Source: Hemiscyllium ocellatum
Taxonomy: Eukaryota
DNA length: 40,472 bases
Assembly: GCF_020745735.1 (NCBI RefSeq)
Contig: NW_026867462.1
Location: 250,833-291,304, forward strand
Direction of reading: 5' to 3'
Below, one piece after another: positions 35,640 to 40,472 of the stretch. Each line of letters begins with the position of its first letter. Within the stretch, counting starts at the first letter, position 1. The position numbers and the translations under genes are program-made. The notes beneath the pieces were generated by a model that did not search any database, was not told the origin of the DNA, and saw only the letters and a list, made by a program, of their open reading frames with translations.

Positions 35640-38462
35640 ACTATAGGCCGGTAACATCAGAAGGGAGATAGCAACATTGGATGGTATTCGTTTTAATGAC
35701 AGAGTCTGATGATCAAGGCAGATGAATTACCGGCATAAATGAGGAAATGATGCTGTTGCGATCACGGAGACATATTGAGAGCGGGGCAGGAGTGGCTATT
35801 CAATTTTCCAGGATTTAGTGCCTTCAGGCGAGACAGGGAAAGATGGAAAAGGATGGGGGCAGGGGTTTGCGGCACGGAATGTTGCTTCTGTCACAATTCT
35901 GACAAGAGTATTTTAGGCTGTAAAGAGAAATGAAATCATAGATACCTCCTCGAACAAAGGCAAATGGACAGTACTTCAAAACCAAAATACAGCAAACATA
36001 ACTACTGGGAGAGCACGATAGGCCTTACTATAGGTCCAAAAGACCAAGTGCAAATACATGGATAAATTTCAGAGATATGTATACTAAATAGGGGAATGAG
36101 AAGAGAGGTTTTTAACTTCCTCAGCATAGGCTTGGATATTCATTTTGTCTAACGTTTAGAGGGAGCACAATTCTGAAAATGCCCCCAGGAGAATATTTAA
36201 ACAAAGTATGTGTTAATACAGAGAATTTTAATCCAGACCTTGCAAGAGAGGGGTGAACCTGAACTTAACTTTTGGGAATGAAGTCGACCCAGTGGGTAAA
36301 ACATCAATGGTGGTGCACTTTGCAGACAGCGATCGTAAATCAGTTGGATTTCAGATTGTACTGCAAAGGAATAGAAATTGGCCCAAAGTTCTGAAAAGGG
36401 GAAGGACAATTTTAGTAAAATCAGGTAATGACTTTACCAGAGTGGACTGGAAGCTGACACTTATTGGTAAATCTGAGTCAGAGCAGTGTGAAACATTTAA
36501 GAAAGAGACAGGAAAATCATAGGGAGGACATTTCTCAGGAAGCCACTGAATGGGACCAAGAATGTAACGTGCTCTGGATACCAAGGGGCATGGAGGGTGA
36601 GATAAGGAGAAACAAGGGAGGCTTCCTGTCTATACTGAAATCTCAAAACAATAGAAATTAGTATGGAGTACAGAACGCGCAAGGGGGAGTTTGAAAGAGA
36701 AAGGAATTAGAAGAGCAAAAGGGACCATGAGAAAATAATAGGAGTCAAAATAAAGGAAAATATTTTTAAAAGTTACAGGCTCATTCATAATAAAAGAATT
36801 ATTCGGGAAACAGTAATGCCCATTAAGTGTTATTATTGGAGTGGAGCCGGAGGATTAGGTTGTGGTCAAAACGAATGTGTTGTGTCAGTGTTCACTAGTA
36901 AGAGGGACAATGTGGGGACAGAAATCATGGAGGGGTGTTGTGATGTACTTTCAGAAATTAGGGCACATGACGTGATGTTCTGTGTTGTCTTGCTAAATGA
37001 AAAGTGGTTATATTTCCAGGGCAGATGAAAAGTATACCAAGCGGTTGAGCGATGCAAGGGATGAAATAGTTGGGTCGCTAACAATAATTTAGAATTACTG
37101 TCTGGCCACAGCAGTTGTGCCAAGTGAGTGTAGATCAGCCAACGTTGCACTGTTACGCAGGACAAAGGAAGGGATAAATAATGAAAACACAGATCTGTCA
37201 GGCTAGTCTCAGTGGTAGGGAAACTATTGAAAAGTGAAATTAGTCTTCATTTGGAAGATAAATCAACAATTTTCAGCATAGTTTTATTGAGAGAAAGTCA
37301 TGTGTAACAATTTGATAGTAGTTTTCAGAGAGATAACTCGATGTCCAGATGATAGCAATAATCAGAGCCAATGGGATCCGAGTTAATTTGACAGATTGGA
37401 TCGAGAACTGGCTGAGTGATGGGAGCAGGGGATAATAGTCATCGGGTGTCTGGGTGACTGGGAATCTATGTCTCCTGGTGTTCTGTAGGGATTGGGGTTG
37501 ATTTCCACGTTATTTCTCTTACATACCAATGATTGAGACTCAAATTTAGGAGGATTAACCAGTGAATTCACAGATGAAATGAAAACTGTCATGTTGGTAA
37601 GTCATGAGCATTATGGCTTTAGATTGTAGGAGGATATAAAAGGGTTGGTTGTATGTGAAGAGAAGTTGCAAATGGAAATTATTCTGGATAAATGTAAGGT
37701 AATGTAATTCGGCAGAAGAATCTGTGAGGTATGACATTTTGAATGGTGGAACCCTGGAAAGGCCTGAGGATCTTTGGTGCATGTACCCACCGATCCCCTA
37801 TAGTACTGTGTCGTCTGGATAAAGAGACTAAGGAGGTGGGAGGATATTTGCTTTTATTAGCCTAGACATTGACAATGAAGAATCGGGAGATGATACTGGA
37901 ACTTGATAGAACACTGGTTAGGCCATACTGAAGCGTTGTGTGCATGTTATCGAAAGAATGTGATTACACTGAAGGCATTATTGATGAGATTTGCCAGGAT
38001 CTTGCCTGGGTTGGAGGGTTTTAGTTATGAAACTAGATGAGATAGACAGGGGTTTTCCTTGGAGCAGAGGAGAATTAGGGAGAAGATTATCATGATGTCT
38101 AGAATTATTTTAGGCATAGACTGGGTAAACTGGATGAAACCTTTCCCCTTGATGGAGAGATCAATGCCTCAGGGGCACAGGGTGAAGGTAAGGCCAGGAG
38201 GTTCCAAGTGGATCTCAGGGGAAAACAAAATCAAACAGAGGGTGGTGTTAGCCTGGAGCTCAGCACCTATAAGTCATGTAGAGACTGAGCCCCTCATAAT
38301 AAGTATGAAGTATTGAGATGCATCCTTGCAAGGGCAAGTCACACAAGGCAATGGATCATGTGCTGGCACATGAGACTGGAATAGTTAGGTGGCTGTTATT
38401 GATAGGCGTAAACTGGATGGATCAAAGGGCCTTTTTCCTGTACTGTATAAGGTGATTCTGTG
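35640..38462 (+). mobile_element. Old, heavily mutated CR1 ORF2 to 3' end filling the CH1-CH2 intron (antisense to IgM)
   Basis: Collinear remnants of the endonuclease (ggcaggagtggcta), RT (ttaacagtgaattcacagatg, cf. FADD) and 3' UTR (aaagggcctttttcctgtactgta). Confidence 0.75.
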
Positions 38463-38536
38463 AAAATGGTTATAAATAATGCCTTATTCATATTAATGCC
38501 AGATGCTCTGTTTATCTCAGTTCCCACAATACGTAC

Positions 38537-38842
38537 CACATGGCATTTCTTTGCTCTTGTGAGACCCGCTGTGTTGAACCTCACAGTAGATTTTGCTGGG
38601 GCAATCTACCGCTGACCCGGGCAGGGTTAACTGGCTGCTCAGGGTGTAGGTTCCCTTCTTGTTTCTCACTGATGGGTAAGTCTTCAATCCACCATTCGTG
38701 ATTAGCACCCCACCTTTCTTCCAGGTTACCTTGGTGACGTCTGGGGAATAGTCCATCACCAAACAACCAAAGATTGTCGAACCGGTGCTGTGCTCCTCAC
38801 AGGAGGAGACCAGGCCATAAAGCGTGGGGGGAGATGGTGTCT
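38537..38842 (-). CDS. IGHM: IgM heavy chain constant exon CH1
   Basis: Manual translation gives [44 protein letters not shown]...[21 protein letters not shown]...[18 protein letters not shown], an Ig C1-set domain with canonical C/W/C that matches shark Cmu1. Acceptor tattgtag|AG, donor TGTG|gtacgt, 306 nt, phase 1. Confidence 0.95.
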
Positions 38843-39177
38843 CTACAATAGAATGACCAATTGAGCATGTTAGTTTCTGTTAATTTGACCTTATCAGTTA
38901 CTCAAATGTATCCTCAGCTGTAACCGTTTGCCAGTATGCTCCCGCTGAAGTCTGCAGCATAACTGGAGTTTATTTTTGTTTCCTACCAGTTGCTGATCAT
39001 GATCATTGGTTCCCTCTTGAGAAACATGCCCTCGACCTTGACCATTGCCATATCATTTAGGAAGAAGAACATCCTGATCCCACCCAGTAACTGTTTGAAG
39101 ATCTCACCAATTCACACTTTCATTGGATTGCTGTGAAGAGCAGAGAAGTTTCACAAAATACAAACCAAGGAAATGCA

Positions 39178-39503
39178 GATTCATCGAAATTCTACAGTGT
39201 GTGCAATTAGGCCATTTGGCCCAACAAGTCCACACCCACCCTCTGAAAAGAAACGCATCCAGACCCATTCCTCTACCCTATTATGCTACGGTTAACCCTG
39301 ACTAATGCATCTAACCTCCCAATCACTGAACACAACATTTGCAATTTCCCCAGCTTGTACAGATTTGGACTGTGGGAGGAAATGCACACAGATATGGGGA
39401 GGAAGTGCCAACTCCACACAGACAGTCACCCGAGGCTGGAATGGAGCCAGAGTCCCTAGCACTGTGAGGCAGCAGCGCTAACCATGGAACCAGCGTGCCG
39501 CCC
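39178..39503 (-). mobile_element. tRNA-derived V-type SINE (HE1-like) in the J-CH1 intron
   Basis: Homologous to 10313-10627 (ggcggcacgctggttccatggttagcgctgctgcctcacagtgc...tcccacagtccaaa). Confidence 0.82.
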
Positions 39504-39569
39504 CACTAGGTACCGTGCTGCTGGAAATACCCAACAGCTGGCAGTACCCCCGGAGAGAAATCAGAGTGA

Positions 39570-39870
39570 ATCATAGAACATAGAACATCACAGTGCAGTG
39601 CAGGCCCTTCGGCCCTCGATGTTGCGCTGCCCTGACATACTAATATGAAGCCCATCCCACCTACACTATTCCATGTACATGCATAGGCCTGTCCAATGAC
39701 AACTTAAATGTACTTAAACTTGGCGAATCTACACCATTGCAGGCAAAGCACTCCATACCCTTACTACTCTCTGAGTAAAGAAACTACCTCTGCTATCTGT
39801 CTTATACCTATCTCCCCTCACTTTAAAGTTGTGTCCCCTCGTGTTTGCCATCCCCATACTTGGAAATCAG
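39570..39870 (-). mobile_element. CR1 LINE 3' fragment
   Basis: agaacatagaacatcacagtgcagtgcaggcccttcggccctcgatgttgcg matches the tail of copy A at 3360. Confidence 0.85.
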
Positions 39871-40339
39871 GTCCAGTGAGCCTTCCTCACTTATCAATGC
39901 AAGACAGAATGTTCTCTCTGGGAGGAAGGTCACTGCAGCAGCAGCAGCACAGGCAGGAGCTGTGCACTGGGACGGGGAGGATGGCTGTCACGGCTGAACT
40001 CAGGCCAATTGTCTGGAAGTTGAAACATCTAATTACAATGATCTGAATTCTGGAGGCCTCTGAAAAATGGAGGACCATTAAAGTCAGAGACTTTGGAGTG
40101 TTACAGCTGAGTATTTATGTAAATATGATTTGAGAAATGAACAAGTAATCTTTAACTTTAATAACTATCAAACTGATACGCAGTTCACCACCAAACTCAT
40201 CTCTCAGACTAACCACTGCACTTACTCTGCCTAGACCTAAATTTCCACTCACACTGACAAACCCCCACCCTGCTATACACCCATTCATGCCCGGAACACA
40301 CAACCCCCTATCACACAAAACACATCCAAGGCAATCCAT

Positions 40340-40472
40340 ATTGGACAGTGTAGCTGAGCAGAGAGATCTTGGTGCCCATGTACAGATCCCTAAAAGTTGC
40401 CAGCCAGTTTGATAGAGTTGTTAAGAAGGCATACTTTGTGTGGCTTTCATCGATAGAGGGACTGAGTTTCAG
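40340..40472 (+). mobile_element. CR1 RT-region fragment running off the window
   Basis: gagcagagagatcttggtg...aaagttgcc...ttgttaagaaggcata matches 7450-7540. Confidence 0.75.

Noticed and set aside
31991-38842. IgNAR or IgW assignment
   Set aside because: Four C domains, the Cmu-specific motifs, the [20 protein letters not shown] tail and the KVK cytoplasmic tail all indicate IgM.
23620-39600. Isolated CACAGTG/CACTGTG heptamers as RSS
   Set aside because: No nonamer at 12/23 spacing; they fall in repeat sequence (e.g. ~23628, ~39470, ~39590).
38843-40472. Switch-like region or intronic enhancer 5' of CH1
   Set aside because: No AGCT-rich tandem array or motif cluster; the visible part is mostly SINE/CR1 and the rest of the intron is outside the window.

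Overview
Vertebrate genomic DNA, almost certainly a shark. The IgM secretory tail, the V-type SINEs and the CR1 families resemble nurse/bamboo shark-type sequences, but the species is inferred, not shown. The right third holds an apparently intact IgM heavy-chain constant region on the minus strand: CH1 38537-38842, CH2 35119-35430, CH3 32830-33138, CH4 plus secretory tail 31991-32382, TM1 29095-29222, TM2 28947-28955. All junctions are GT-AG and in phase. V/D/J lie beyond the right edge. The ~29 kb 3' flank is mostly retroelements: CR1 LINEs (including two very young copies forming a ~1.7 kb-arm palindrome), RTE relics, a Penelope fragment with a minimal hammerhead ribozyme, V-type SINEs, and a class I (HERV-I/IP-like) ERV remnant with an open env TM frame and 3' LTR. 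An 11-copy kappaB-like 70-bp VNTR abuts that LTR. The most interesting non-repeat stretch is ~27.8-28.35 kb, just past the membrane poly(A) site. It has a hairpin-flanked E-box plus EBF/Ikaros-, PU.1- and octamer-like motifs and is a candidate 3' IgH enhancer. All motif-based claims come from reading by eye and are untested.
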